In this document: piece after piece, positions 39,365 through 52,020 of the stretch
Layout of the letters: every line of letters starts with the position of its first letter
Numbering within the stretch: the stretch's first letter is position 1
Assembly: GCA_964016885.1 (NCBI GenBank)
Contig: OZ024743.1
Span: 20,460,001-20,524,000 of the forward strand
Direction: 5' to 3'
Length of the DNA: 64,000 nt
Source: Eledone cirrhosa
Taxonomy: Eukaryota
Notes under the pieces: generated by a model
The model's input: the letters and a program-made list of their open reading frames with translations, nothing else
Database searches by the model: none
Told to the model about the DNA's origin: nothing
Position numbers and translations under genes: made by a program

Positions 39365-39619
39365 GTAGAAAGCCATAATCAAGTGGTAGTTTAGAATATG
39401 AGATGGCTATTGTGATGTAGTTAGATGGTATTTGATGATCAATTATTGGGGAGAGATGTGTTATATAGTAGATGTGGTTTTGCTAAAATGACAGCATTAA
39501 AGAATATGAACTGCTCAGCATTACATTTATACTTTCCAATAATTCTTAAAACCAATCAAGTATAAATTAAAGGTAACAACCTAATTATAAAATATATGTA
39601 TAACATCTCTATGAACAAC

Positions 39620-40020
39620 ATCATCATCCTCATCATTTAGCATCTGCTTTCCCTGCTAGCAAGGATTGGATGGGTCTTCAAAGACTGAGTCAGTACTGTA
39701 GCAGGGCTACTGACCTCCTAAACAGGCGTGGGATTCATATCTTGCTTACATACGGTTCCATGTTCTCTCAAGTACATTTTGCCATGGCATCTGCACTGGA
39801 GAGGTTATGTTTTTGATGTAACTGAAGGGTCCTCCCAACCCTTTGTTTGGCAAGCTTTCTATGGTTGGATGTCTCTCCTATCACCAACCATTTTACAGCC
39901 TAGCCTATCATGTAGATCAACACTAGAGTGGTTGTCATGTCCTTGGCACAACTGAAGTGTCCGCCCAACACTTTCTTTGGCAAGCCTTCTAAGGCTGGAT
40001 GTATTTATTGTGTAGATCAT
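39620..40020 (-). mobile_element. Old non-coding retroposon with an RTE-type tail
   Basis: Similar to 24743-25330; (CAT)n-like tail. Confidence 0.55.
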
Positions 40021-40419
40021 CTAACAATGAAATCTCCACCCATTTTATAAACTATCAAGAAAGTTTAAAAATTCCCTCTTAAAATGTTTTATACAAAAAT
40101 ACTATCTCTATACTGAAGCCTACTATTTTTACAATCTAGTAAATGAACTACCAAATGCCTCTCAACAACACACACACGGTATACAGATATATATATTTAC
40201 TTAAAGTAATTCAGCATTTAGATAAACTGAAAAAATCATCTCAGTATTGAAATTATATGAAACAGCCACACAAAGTATAGTTAGACATTTACATGTTAAG
40301 ATTTTAGTGAAGTATAAGATACATACCACCTTATTGTAGCAAATGTCACAATAAATATGTGCCATTAAATGTTTAGTTATACAATCCAGCACTGTACTTT
40401 ATTAGAAAGAAGACACATA

Positions 40420-40663
40420 CATTACATTTCCAATGAAAGACATTGTCTAGATGTTTCAAATAATTTTGAAAATAAAGTGTCTTGAAGGATTTAATAATAT
40501 AAAAGACATTATCATCATTAAGTTAGTGTTTGGAACATAACTTAACAGTGGTTCTTACATACAATTGTTATGGAATATATTTTGATGAATATAAACACTT
40601 TAAAATGAATTGATTTGTATTATAACAGTGGCAGTTTCAGGCAGTTGGTGTCAAAACAGTTAA
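40420..40663 (+). mobile_element. TTAA MITE copy
   Basis: Internal family similarity; ends ggtgtcaaaacagTTAA. Confidence 0.55.
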
Positions 40664-41039
40664 ACAAAATTTGATTATCAATAGAATGTAGTAAAAAAGT
40701 AAAGAAAAAAAAAATCATTTGAAATTTCAACTGAAGTTAAATTAACATTTGCCCCCTAACACTAATAAAGTAAATAAGAAAAACCATATGAATAATAGAC
40801 TCATAAAGTTGATGAAATAATTTTTGGAGTATAGTCAAATTAATGTACATTTTTACCAACCTTATCAATAAACAAAATCTAGGTATGTAGTTTAAAACCA
40901 TAAATTATATAATTCAAATATAGAAGCACCTCCTTTCTAGTAACAAAGTATGCCAATTCCTAAAGTTAATATACACATAATCAATACTCAGGCTAACAAT
41001 ACAATTTTAACTTATGAAAAACCTGGGAGCAAGGCTTTA

Positions 41040-41330
41040 TAGTGCTTCCACCCACGTGTTGCAGGCCATTCTGAATATCTTCTAAAAATGGCACTCCAAC
41101 AACTATGACTGTACAGCAATCTTTTTGCAAGAATTCATTAGTGATATACACCTATGGGCACCCACACATGGGTATACATGGATTGGACATCTAGCCAAAG
41201 TTTTCCTCAACCAACTCTCCCTGGCTGACCTAAATGCTATGCAAGATCAAGATTGGTGACTTGATTGAACTGGATAAATCCAAGCTAGCTTGACAAGATG
41301 TGTCTCATATAACTGTAACCAATGTTATAA
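41040..41330 (+). mobile_element. Decayed RTE-type LINE C-terminal fragment
   Basis: VLQAILNI, PTHG, GH.AK.FLNQL and AMQDQDW remnants. Confidence 0.45.
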
Positions 41331-43828
41331 ATGAATTTACTTACCTTTTCAATTATCATCATTGCTAGAGCATATCTTACATCAAAGAAATCTGGAAATA
41401 TCTCAGTAAATGTTTTGATATGTATCTCTTAATAGAGCACAACACACACGTTATAGACATGGGTGAATGGATGGATGTATGCATAAATGCATCATTTACT
41501 AAGATATATTGTTTTCATTATGAAATCAAAAATGAAATGGAAATATTGCAGTTTATCTTATGAAAATACTGTTACACAAACCAATTCTTTGGCTGCATCT
41601 ATTGCATCTCTCTAGTTATTTCTATGCAGTATGACTTCAATATTTACCTCAAGAAAATTAGCATTACAAAGGAAATCAAATGGCTATGAATAGACATCAA
41701 AAATAATTCAGACTCATTTTCATGGAAGCTTACTTGTTGATATATGTTCTTGTACAGTAGGAGTTGAATGATTAAACAGATATGATTTTTAAAAATTATC
41801 ATTTTCCCCAAGAAGAACAGGCAGTGCCTGTAGTTTTTGTAGCTGCTCCCATACAATTTAGTGATGCAGTTCAGGTTTAAGTTAAATTTTAGGATAATGA
41901 TGCTTGTAAGGTACCACTTGATAGAGTGGATTGCTTAGTATTGTAACTCTCAGAAAGCTATACTGGTAGAAGAGTTTAATATGGGCTTTAGAGAATGAGA
42001 CACGGTATGGATGATATTGAGAGAAAACGTGTGTATCTGAGGTGACCTTTGATAGTGTTATAAGAAAGAATTAAATAGGAAACAGCATAATGTTTATAGT
42101 ACTATGCAATTAGAATAAACTGGAATAAAATGTATCATTATATCTATTGTTTATATTTGCTGAATAATCTTGAACAACTTGATCATATTGATTTCTACAG
42201 TAGACTTAGTATATCAAATAAATGGAAATGGTTCAGAAACTCAGTCTCACAAATGTGATCTAGCACTTTATCATTTTTATTGATATCTTGATGACTCTGT
42301 AAGGATGGAATTCGAAAATAAATTGGAAAGAAATCAAACAGTAATCTGTTTGCCCATTATCCTAGCAGATTTTAATTTCTAATCTGAGATCTGAGATACT
42401 GTCAATGTTTCCTTTGTTATGAAATCTATGCTTTTTATATTATCACTGCAAAATTTTAGCATGAAAATGTAAAAGGCATTTTCATATAAACATGGTTTTT
42501 GGAACTTAGCTGCATTTTTTTTCAAAATATATTCATGTTTTCATAGTCTCCACTGTTTCTGTAAAAGAAGAATGTATCATTTGTACTTCAAATAAAAAAT
42601 GTTGAATTTCCCAGGAAATATAAAAACTTATTGATTTTTATTGTTATTCATTATTCGTTTCATTGTTCAGTTGATTGCATTTAAAGAAGAGGTTTAGTCA
42701 GATTTGAAAATATTTTATGATTTCTTCCTAAAAATAGATTTAAATGACGATGTTCAGATCGTAATAGTTAACATATTTTTATACTATTATTATTGCCGAA
42801 TAGCGTCAATCAAATCTGCTTGGTTGAATACATTATTGAATGTTTTAGATAGATTCCATTGATTCAAAATATTTTATATGCTGTGGCCTAGTATATACTG
42901 CCAATATTGTCATGCTTATTGCAGCCTAAGCATGTTGCATGCATTTTTCCTACCCACCCTACTTTTGTTGGAACAGAGATTTTAATGATGAATGTTGCAA
43001 AAAATGGAAAATATTATCCCGAGTAGAAGTTGTTAGAAATGGTATGCAAGCCAATTTATGTTGCAGTATGTATTTCAGTTTTATATTACATAATATTTAT
43101 AGAATCACTGACTCTTTCACATCTTTTATGTGCCTATAATTTCATATTTAAAACTTTGTTTTGCTGAACACTTTTTTAATGCACTAATGACCTTAACTTT
43201 GTAACTAGTCAGTTTGCAATGTTTTCATTGCTTGCTGATTTTGATAATTCATATCACCTGTTTTTCCTAACTTAGAAAAATAAATCAATTACTGATTTGT
43301 TCAAAATTTAATGTAATTTTAAGATATTTAATTGCTTAATTCCTACATAGCTTTTATGTTTTATCAAAGATGTTTTTCAAAAGAAAATCCAATATTCTCT
43401 TAGTTCATAGATAATGACTTGATAAATTACATTCTAATGAATTATTTTTAGTATTTAGTTAACTTTTCAATGTTTTGATAAAAGCTAGATTAGCTAATGT
43501 CAAATTAATAATTACTGTAACCTGTTAAGCTATAATGGAGACTGAGAAATTCTTGTTTAGGCATTAAATACATGTAGGTAATACAAATAATTTAAACACC
43601 GGGATATGAATTATGCTTTGTGCAAGACAGAGAAAAATAAAGGCCACAGAAAATTACATTTATTAGCTAAATATTGTTCAAATATAAGTCCTTTATTTGA
43701 GGTATATTAAAAGGTCACAAAATAACCAACATTTGTTGTCTAAATAAAAGTCAAATATAAGTTCTTTATAACTAGGTGATAAAGTTATCTAAACTTATTA
43801 CCAAAATTAGAAGAAACAATACATTATG

Positions 43829-44162
43829 CTGTTGTCCTCCGGTATTCGTGGGGCATTACGTTCCTAGAGCATCTGCAAAGATTGAAAACCCACGAATATT
43901 GGATGTGGTCCATAAAAATTCCTGTAAACGTCATAACATAACGTAAAATATAAGTTGGCAAATATCGTATAAGGTTATTAATAATTTAGCATAAAAAGCG
44001 TGAAAAAATATATATTGCCACGAAAAAAAAAAAAAACATTAAAAAGTCACTCAAGATATTTTTGACTCCACAAATATGGGGTGGTTTCCACGAACAATTA
44101 TTAGTTAGGTTCTAAGGAAAATTCTGTGAGTAACCGGAACCGCAAATGTTGAGGAAAGACTG
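43829..44162. mobile_element. pogo/Tigger-like MITE (Tc1/mariner superfamily)
   Basis: Degenerate termini ctgttgtcctccggtattcgtgg and ccgcaaatgttgaggaaagactg followed by TA; subterminal ttacgttcc motif. Confidence 0.55.
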
Positions 44163-44634
44163 TATATTATAGTAACTCATTCTTTTTTGTATATATAGTA
44201 GTACATTATCCAATGTGTTCTTTCCTAAGTTTTAATATATTGACTTCTCATTAGCTTAATGATGAAAATATGTAGATGAAGCATATAAAATGATTTAATT
44301 TGCATGAAATGATTTAATTTTGGATAGATATAGAGTAAAGTCCACCTGGAAGGATTTTAACCCTGAATTCAGAGAGACAGATCTAAGTATTACAAGGTAT
44401 TTGACTACCTATATTCCCTCACTTTCTTTTTAGTGTTAATGTTACTTTTCATAGTTATATAACCCCCACCCCCAAAACCAGAAACAACATTGTTTTACAG
44501 TGATATTTCTCATTTTCTGAAATCCACTTTATCTTTTTTTTTAGAAACTTCATTATTATATTTCTTAGAGAGTGTCTATTAAGCCAATAAACATTTTAAA
44601 TCACATTGTATTGGACATTTTCTTTTCTTAGTGT

Positions 44635-44950
44635 CTATAGTTGTTGGACCTTTGTTGTTTCCAATGATGAGCACTCCAGTTGACTCAGTCAACAGAATTG
44701 CATGTTCGTAAAATTAATGTGTGACAGAACATTCCATAGATACATGCAACCATAATGTATTTCTCACAGAGGTTTGGTAAGACTGTACTCTTGAATTACA
44801 GGTACAACTCATATTTGCCAGCTGGGTGGACTGAAGCAACATGAATTAAAATGTAATGCTCCAAGACAAAATGTGCTTTCCAGTCCAGGAATGAAACTCA
44901 TAACCTTATGATTGCATGCCCATTGCCCTAACACCTAGTTATGTGCCTTC
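44635..44950 (-). mobile_element. Older CORE-like tRNA SINE with a different 3' half
   Basis: Right end resembles the family 2 head (cagctgggtggactg.agcaac, aactca.aacctt..gattgca..ctaac..ctag..atgtgcct). Confidence 0.6.
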
Positions 44951-46206
44951 ATTCTATAGTATATGTCAGTACTATACTTTGTTAAATCCAAAGAAACAAA
45001 CTTCTTAGCTCATTTATATATATAAAACAGCCTATGAAGTGGATATCTGAAGGGTAACTGAAACAATATTGAAATATGTCACAAGCACTAATCCTAAATC
45101 GGACATTGTTAAATATATATAAATATTTCAGCATATTTCTATTTGATTTCATTATGAATAAGTATATATGACTGTTTATGATTTGATTAAATTATGCAAA
45201 TACTTAATTATTCTCAAATGTATGAATGAATTAAATATTGTTATTGGTAATAAATATGGAATAATTGATTTATTTATTGATTTCTCTGTTGCTGGTTATA
45301 TTATTATTCCTAACATATTAATGGATGATTTCCATAGAGATACTGTTGTCTGTGGCTCTGCCTTTTTTATATAGTTATGTTTTCTGGAAAGAACAATACA
45401 ACTGGAAATGTTAATATTTCTACAACTCAAAGTTCATCTTATTTTATTGATTTTAGTGTTAAGATATTTTCTTAATGTTTGGTTTTCTGTTTATGTGGTA
45501 AGTAGATGATCCTTCTGGCTTTTCTGCTTCTTGATCTATCTTTCCTAAAAGTCTGTTATCTGATATCTATGTGAATGTTTTATTTGAATAAAAACATATA
45601 TGGTACCAGTCGCCAAAATTCAATGAAGCAGAAACATTTTTTAGGTTGATTAATAAATGCTTTCTTAATAGATACACGGTTCTTTGAATAAAACTGATAA
45701 AATTGTGTTTCCTTATTACTACAAAGTATCACTTTAGACTGCTGAATTCCAATAACCAAGATTTACTACATTTACTTTTTCTATCTCGGGAGAAAATAAC
45801 AAGTGTTTGTAAATGTTGTCTCTGTTTTGCAGTGGAATCTGTATACATGTCTTTGATTACTTTCAGATTGTATATATTTAAGTCTACTTTTGCAAATGTG
45901 GAGTCTATACGGCTGTATCGCATCATAACTTTCATATGCACAAGCAAGATATTATCCAAGGTTGCTATGCAAAGTATTAGTAGCTCACCATTGACCAGAG
46001 AACTTCATTCCCATTTCTCTTTGATATAACACTAAATTTATGACTACTTCTGTTTCTGTTTCTGACCTTCATCAAGGATTTACCAACTCTTACATTGAAT
46101 GTAACATGTTTTGTATGGCATATGTTTTCGTATTATACCTTCAATACACTAGTTTTTCTCTGGTGCCTATTAGTCTACGATTTATATTGAATGCCGAAAG
46201 AGTTAA

Positions 46207-46284
46207 ATTTGTATCCAATTTGTATGCGATTAGATTTGTATCTAATTTGTATCCAGTCAGATTTGTATACAATTTGTATCCAAA
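46207..46284. repeat. Minisatellite, 27-bp unit x3
   Basis: atttgtat(c/a)(c/t)aatttgtat(g/c)c... repeated three times. Confidence 0.75.
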
Positions 46285-46620
46285 GTTACAAAAATGCGAT
46301 ATATCAGTCATTATTCTTTGATACCTATAGAATTCTAATTTATTGTCTTCACATTTCTTCTCTATAGCATCTCTGACATTAGGCAGTCATAGCATGCTAT
46401 AAATGATAGTGTTCATTCATTCTTTCAAAAATGTATAATTGTTCTGAGTGGACAGCTGGACTTTGTGTCTTTATAGACATAGGCTATAAACTCAGAATCT
46501 ATTATGAAGTGAATTTCGAAATTCAAAGATGATGCATAACGATTCTCTCTTTTATAGAAGATCTCATGGTTATTAGTAATTGAAATTAAAAAGAATGTTT
46601 ATTATAAAAGTAAGTTACTT

Positions 46621-46872
46621 TTAACCATTTCATTACCATATTTCTAATGGAAGACACTACTAGTAGTTTTTGTATGAAATATTTTAAGGAATTTAGTAAT
46701 AATATAACAAACTTTCTCTTTATAAATTCATGTTTAGAGCATAACCTAACAAAGGTTCTTACATAAGATTATGTTGGAAGTTATTTTAGATAAATATAAC
46801 CAATATAAAATAAACATTTTTGTGGCATAGTCCCAAGGGCAATTTCAAGTGGTTTGGTATCAAATGTGGTAA
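46621..46872 (+). mobile_element. TTAA MITE copy
   Basis: Starts TTAAccatttcattaccatatttc; internal family similarity. Confidence 0.6.
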
Positions 46873-47857
46873 GAACTGTAAACAGTTCAATGCTAGTTCC
46901 AGATGATAGTTTGTTTTAGTTACCTCATTCAAAAATGTATTTTCCTTAAAATAATAACTGGTGTAAACCAAGCATTCTATATTTAATAATTTCCAAACAA
47001 ATCTATGAAACTAAATATTCATTATCTGAAAACTGACAAAATGACATCAGCATTGGATATCAGGGCTTCCTATTCTGGAATAAACTCTACTAAGCTGTAT
47101 TTTTGAGTAAATCACAATATCCCATCTGCTTTCAAACTAATTGTACAATAATTCCCAGACCTACATCCTGACAATGCTTTTTATTGTGGTGCTTATAAAA
47201 AGAAATTTTCTATGTGACACTTGTAAAAGCTATTTTTCAGCAGTTGATACATGTCAGCTAATAATCAAAGAAAATATAATGTCAATCGATGTAATGGCTA
47301 TTCAGAAATAATAATTATCCACTCAGTCTGACACCTACATATACTAATTATGAGAATATGATACTGCATCATTCTAATAATTTTCTTATACAAACACTGT
47401 CTTGGTTTAACAAAAATATAACGATTACCTATAAATAGTGAACAATTAAATGCATAAATTTCCTTTCCATCTAACACCCCTACAATAGAGACTCATAATT
47501 TTATATAAGAATAATGCATATCTTATAGCTTTAAGAACATATGGTTTTAACACTTTTTATTGCTGTCAATCATAACCACCATTATAATTCAGTATCGTGA
47601 AATTTACTGTGCAATTTCCTCAACAAAAATCTTTAAACAGATTTTATGCATTCATGCTTGTTGTTGTCATCTGTTTGACCTGGGTTACACAACAGTGGCT
47701 ATGGTTAATGTTGGTGGTGGTTCTATGCAGCTATGGATCTATTAGTATCACATTTCCCCACACCACTCAATCGAACATTTAATTTGACAAGACTAAATGT
47801 ACCAGGTACATTCATACTAACTGAGCTGTTACACTTTTTGTTTCTAATTATTATCAA

Positions 47858-48058
47858 TTGGTAGAGCATCAGACACCATGATTTACAGCTTAGTTATGGC
47901 CCTTTAAGTTCTGGGTCCAAATACCGCCGAGGTTAGCTTTGCCTTTCATCCTTACGGGGTCGATAGAATAAAGCACCAGTAATGTACTGCGGTCGATTTA
48001 ATCGACTTGCCCCTCCCCCCAAATTACTGGCCTTGTGCCTATACTAAAAATCATTACT
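47858..48058 (+). mobile_element. SINE family 1, longer (older) subfamily
   Basis: Central domain plus an extra ggtcgatttaatcgac-ccctcccc segment. Confidence 0.8.
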
Positions 48059-48253
48059 ATAGTGTTTTCCTTTACTCCTGTTTGTATGAGCTGTCTGCAA
48101 GTCTCAACCAGAATTCTGAAGAGGCAGCATACCCCTCAGTGATATGAGGTGATATACTGTGTAGTTGTAAGATTGGTAAAATAATCCAGGAGGTTCAGTG
48201 AGTGTGTGTATATATTTGAGTACATGTATATTTGTATATTATTATTATTATTA

Positions 48254-48452
48254 GGGCAGTGGATTGGCAGTATTGGTAGAGGCTCAGACGTTATGCTTTG
48301 CAGCATAGAGTTACAGCTATTTATGATCTGAGTTCAAATCCCGCCGAGGTTAACTTTGCCTTTCATCCCTACGGGGTCGATAAAATAAAATACCAGTAAT
48401 ACACTAGGATAATTGCTGGCCTTGTGCCAAAGGTAGAAACAATTATTATTAT
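48254..48452 (+). mobile_element. SINE family 1, full length
   Basis: GGGCAGTGGATTGGCAG head, B box, central domain, (ATT)n tail within an (ATT)n site. Confidence 0.9.
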
Positions 48453-49615
48453 GTTTATTGCTGTTGTTCAATTTTATTTTAAATAGCAATTGGAAGAGGA
48501 GTGATCTTGACCTATGTCACACCCCACCCACTGGTGAGATTAATGTTTGATTTAAACATCTGTTAATAGTTGTCTCCAGAAAAAAAAATAATAAAACACA
48601 TGTAATGTATTACAAAGGGGAATAGTTTAGGGAAGTAAGTATTGAGAACATAATTTAGCACACAACTTGGATGGTGGAGCATTAATAATGATGATCAGGG
48701 GAGGAACGCTTGGATGGAGGGTGTATGCAAGTAGCAGCTCTACCTAGAGTGACTCTTTGATCTCCAATACTATGTGTATGTGGTTAGAATGTCTCAGGAA
48801 AGGATTGCTTGACAGATTTTATGGGAATAAACCAACAGGCAGGAGACCCATAAACTTGGCTGGTCTTGCTAGAAGTTCCAGCCAGATCAACTAGAAATAG
48901 GTGCTTCTGACAGGACTTGTTGCATAAATATGTCATCTTGCAGACAGATCTTATTCTAATATTTCTAAGTAGTTCACAAACAGCTGACAGGCAAATTATT
49001 ACAGCCTACCAACCCAGAAAGAATCATTCATTCAAGTCAATGATAGAGCATGTCTATAGTTGCTTGGTCTGCAAGAAATAGCTACAAAATTCCCCTCAAA
49101 TGATATCCCACTACCATACACAAAAAGTCACATTAAATAATATATGTATGAAAAAAAAATGGTCTTCTCATGGGCTAACCTTCGACTAACAACATTAGCA
49201 ATCAACAAGTGTCCCCATGTAGAAAGTGTATTCTACAATTGAAAAAGCTGTAAGGAAATATATGCAATACATGAAATGCACATGCTGTCCAGCCAGGCTT
49301 TCACAGCCTTGATAAAATTTCAACTACTAATTCTAAATCCTCCATCTTATTACTCCTTAAAAAAAGCGTATCCTAAAAACTGCCCTCCTGATGATAAACC
49401 AACCATCTTCACTGCCAGAATTTTGCTTTTTCCCCCTTTCTGCACAATCTGCCCTCAATTTTTACTTAGGTGCACTAAAATGTCATAGTATATCACATGT
49501 TTAAGCATTGCCAATTACAGCTCTATCACTATTCACCTCTTTCCTTACAATATTTGTAACAGAATACACTGTATTTGAATTAATTAATGTAGAATTTAGA
49601 TAGAATTACTAAAAA

Positions 49616-49961
49616 CTAGACCACCCATGACCTGTTGGGTCACGTTGCCATCAAAATATTTTTGAAAAATCATGTTCACTTAAAAATAATTTTTAACTAA
49701 TTAAGATATTCACAGACATGTATATAATGTGAAATGAAACCAGAAGGCCCATATATATATATATAAGTGTCTGTATGTATATATATGTGTGTGTATACAT
49801 CATCATCATCGTTTAACGTCCATCTTCCACGCTAGCATGGGTTAGACGGACACACACACATATGTGTGTGTGTGTGTGTATATATATGTGGGTGTATATA
49901 TATGTGGGTGTCTGTGATCTATATACACTCATATATATATACACATATATACACTCACATT

Positions 49962-50007
<46 letters not shown>

Positions 50008-50321
50008 AGAACACCACCAGCTCTCTCTCTTCCATTTTCCTTCTCTGTCTGTTCTTCCTCTCTCTATGTCTCTTTCAATCTACTCTCTCACAACCACTAT
50101 CTCTTTCTCTCTATCCTCTCTCTTTGTTTATGAAGGTACCCGGAACAACCCCATATCTCAGGAACCCGTCCTCCGATTTACACGGAACTTGTTTTATTCC
50201 ATTTGTATTCCCATTTCAGTGTCAACTTCCTTTCAAAGTATTTTCCCGTTATGTGCCCTTTTGGCTGTATTACATTACAGACAAGCAAGTAAACAGTCAC
50301 AGAGTTTTAGTAATATATAGA
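49616..50321 (-). mobile_element. Non-autonomous Helitron-like element
   Basis: Minus strand starts A|TCTATATATTACTAAAAC and ends with a hairpin (49626-49644) then CTAG|T; internal microsatellites; contains an RTE tail fragment at 49798-49849. Confidence 0.6.
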
Positions 50322-51396
50322 TAGATATTCCCACTTCAGCTTTATCATTAGCTTTTAACAGCAAATTGCTAAAATCCTCTCAGCCTTACAAATGTTTGGA
50401 TTTACAATACCTGATGAATTTCTAATTACAAATTTCTACTCACGTATCTCAATAAATGAACCTCTAAGTGGTTATTCAACTTGTTAAAAATAGCATCCCA
50501 AATATTTCTCAAATTTCACTCTACCATGTTAAAAAGTAAAGGATATATTGGATAGCAGAGTCTAATTCCTGAAAAAAAAAAAGAAAGACAAAAAAAAAAA
50601 AGAAATGATGGGTCAATCATGGCTGGAATGCTTTTGATCATAGATCTGCTGGATCAGGGATAATATGGTGCTAAAAAACCAAACTATTCATATATAGTAT
50701 ATCCAAGCCAGTTCTTGTAAAGATTGGATTTCTTCTTGATGTACCATACATTAATTTTTAGTTTTATATTAGATTAATATTACTGCATTGTTCACACATA
50801 AAGATGGTAGTGATTATGTAATATTGTCACTTCTTTGTTAAACCAATAAAACTTCCCTGGGTTTTATTGCTAACACTTAAGCTGAATAGATGAGCAGGCA
50901 ATTGTGAATTGTTGTTCTGCTATACGTGGATCTTAAAATAATGTAATTTACATCTTTGAAGATGTGTTTGTAAATTTCATAAAAATGGCAGCTAATTGGC
51001 ATCTCTGTGTAAGGTATTGCAATAGACTTTACTTTTTGATTTTTCAGTTTCTAGACATATTTTGAACATTTAGGACATGCAAGATTGTAGATACTGTAAA
51101 ATATGGAACACTTTAGAATAATGTTGTGTAGAATAATTTCTAATGTTAGTTAAGATCAAAAGTTAAACATATTTATTTTATGAGTAATTAGCAAAGATGG
51201 TATCAATTTATGTAAACATATTTTCTGTAGAGAGCAATTAATATCTGTACGAGATGACATGAAAAAATGAGTCAGGCTGAAACTGAAAATGTTTTAAAAC
51301 TTTTATTAGAGGTTCTATATTTCTTTGGCTTATTAAAAGCATACTTAATGAAGACAATATCAGTCATTTAGAGATACTCAGATTAAATTTGCTTGT

Positions 51397-51560
51397 ATCA
51401 TCATCATCATCATCATCATCATATTCTGCTTTTCATTGCTTGCATGTGTTAGACATGTCTTTCCAGAACACCACCCTTCCATTCGTTGCATTTCTTCATC
51501 TTCACTGTGAACTTCAACATTTCAAGATCAGCTCCCACCACTTCTGCTCAAAACTTCCTC
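51397..51560 (-). mobile_element. Old RTE-C-like 3' end
   Basis: (CAT)n tail; minus strand AEVVGADL..LK.TV-like coding remnant. Confidence 0.6.
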
Positions 51561-51889
51561 GTTGGATATTTATTATATTTTTATTTTGTATATGTTTATA
51601 TTCTATTTTGGGGTGGAGTCTTCTTGAATTTAATGAAATGTATACTCTTGAGCTTTATTTAGCTCCTGTTGCTTTTGATAAATTCAACATACTTTGGAAA
51701 GGTTATAAAGGAAGTTTTGTGCATAATGTTTAATATATATAGCCTTAAAAAGAAAATATCATTGAGAGAAATTGATGAATGAAACATTGTTGAATATGTA
51801 CAAAGTTTATATAACTAGTCTTAAATTTCCCAATACTTTCTAATCTATATTTTTTATCATGCATATTAGAATTATTATATTACATTTAG

Positions 51890-52020
51890 GTAGCCAATTG
51901 TCAGTCATTGGAATGTTGGATAGAATGATTTGTGGTATTCATTATGGCTCTGTGCTCTGAGTTCAAATCCCACCAAGGTCAACTTTGGCTTTCATCCCTT
52001 TGAGGTTGATAAAAAATGTG
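51890..52020 (+). mobile_element. SINE family 1, old partial copy
   Basis: ctgagttcaaatccc..aggtcaactttggctttcatcc. Confidence 0.7.

Noticed and set aside
42978-43042. Possible 65-nt exon (cag..DFNDECCKKWKILSRVEVVRN..gtatgc)
   Set aside because: Splice-like ends, but no recognisable protein or partner exons; expected by chance in this much sequence.
45729-45959. ORF containing LKVIKDMYTDSTAK, faintly RT-like
   Set aside because: A single weak motif without flanking RT motifs.
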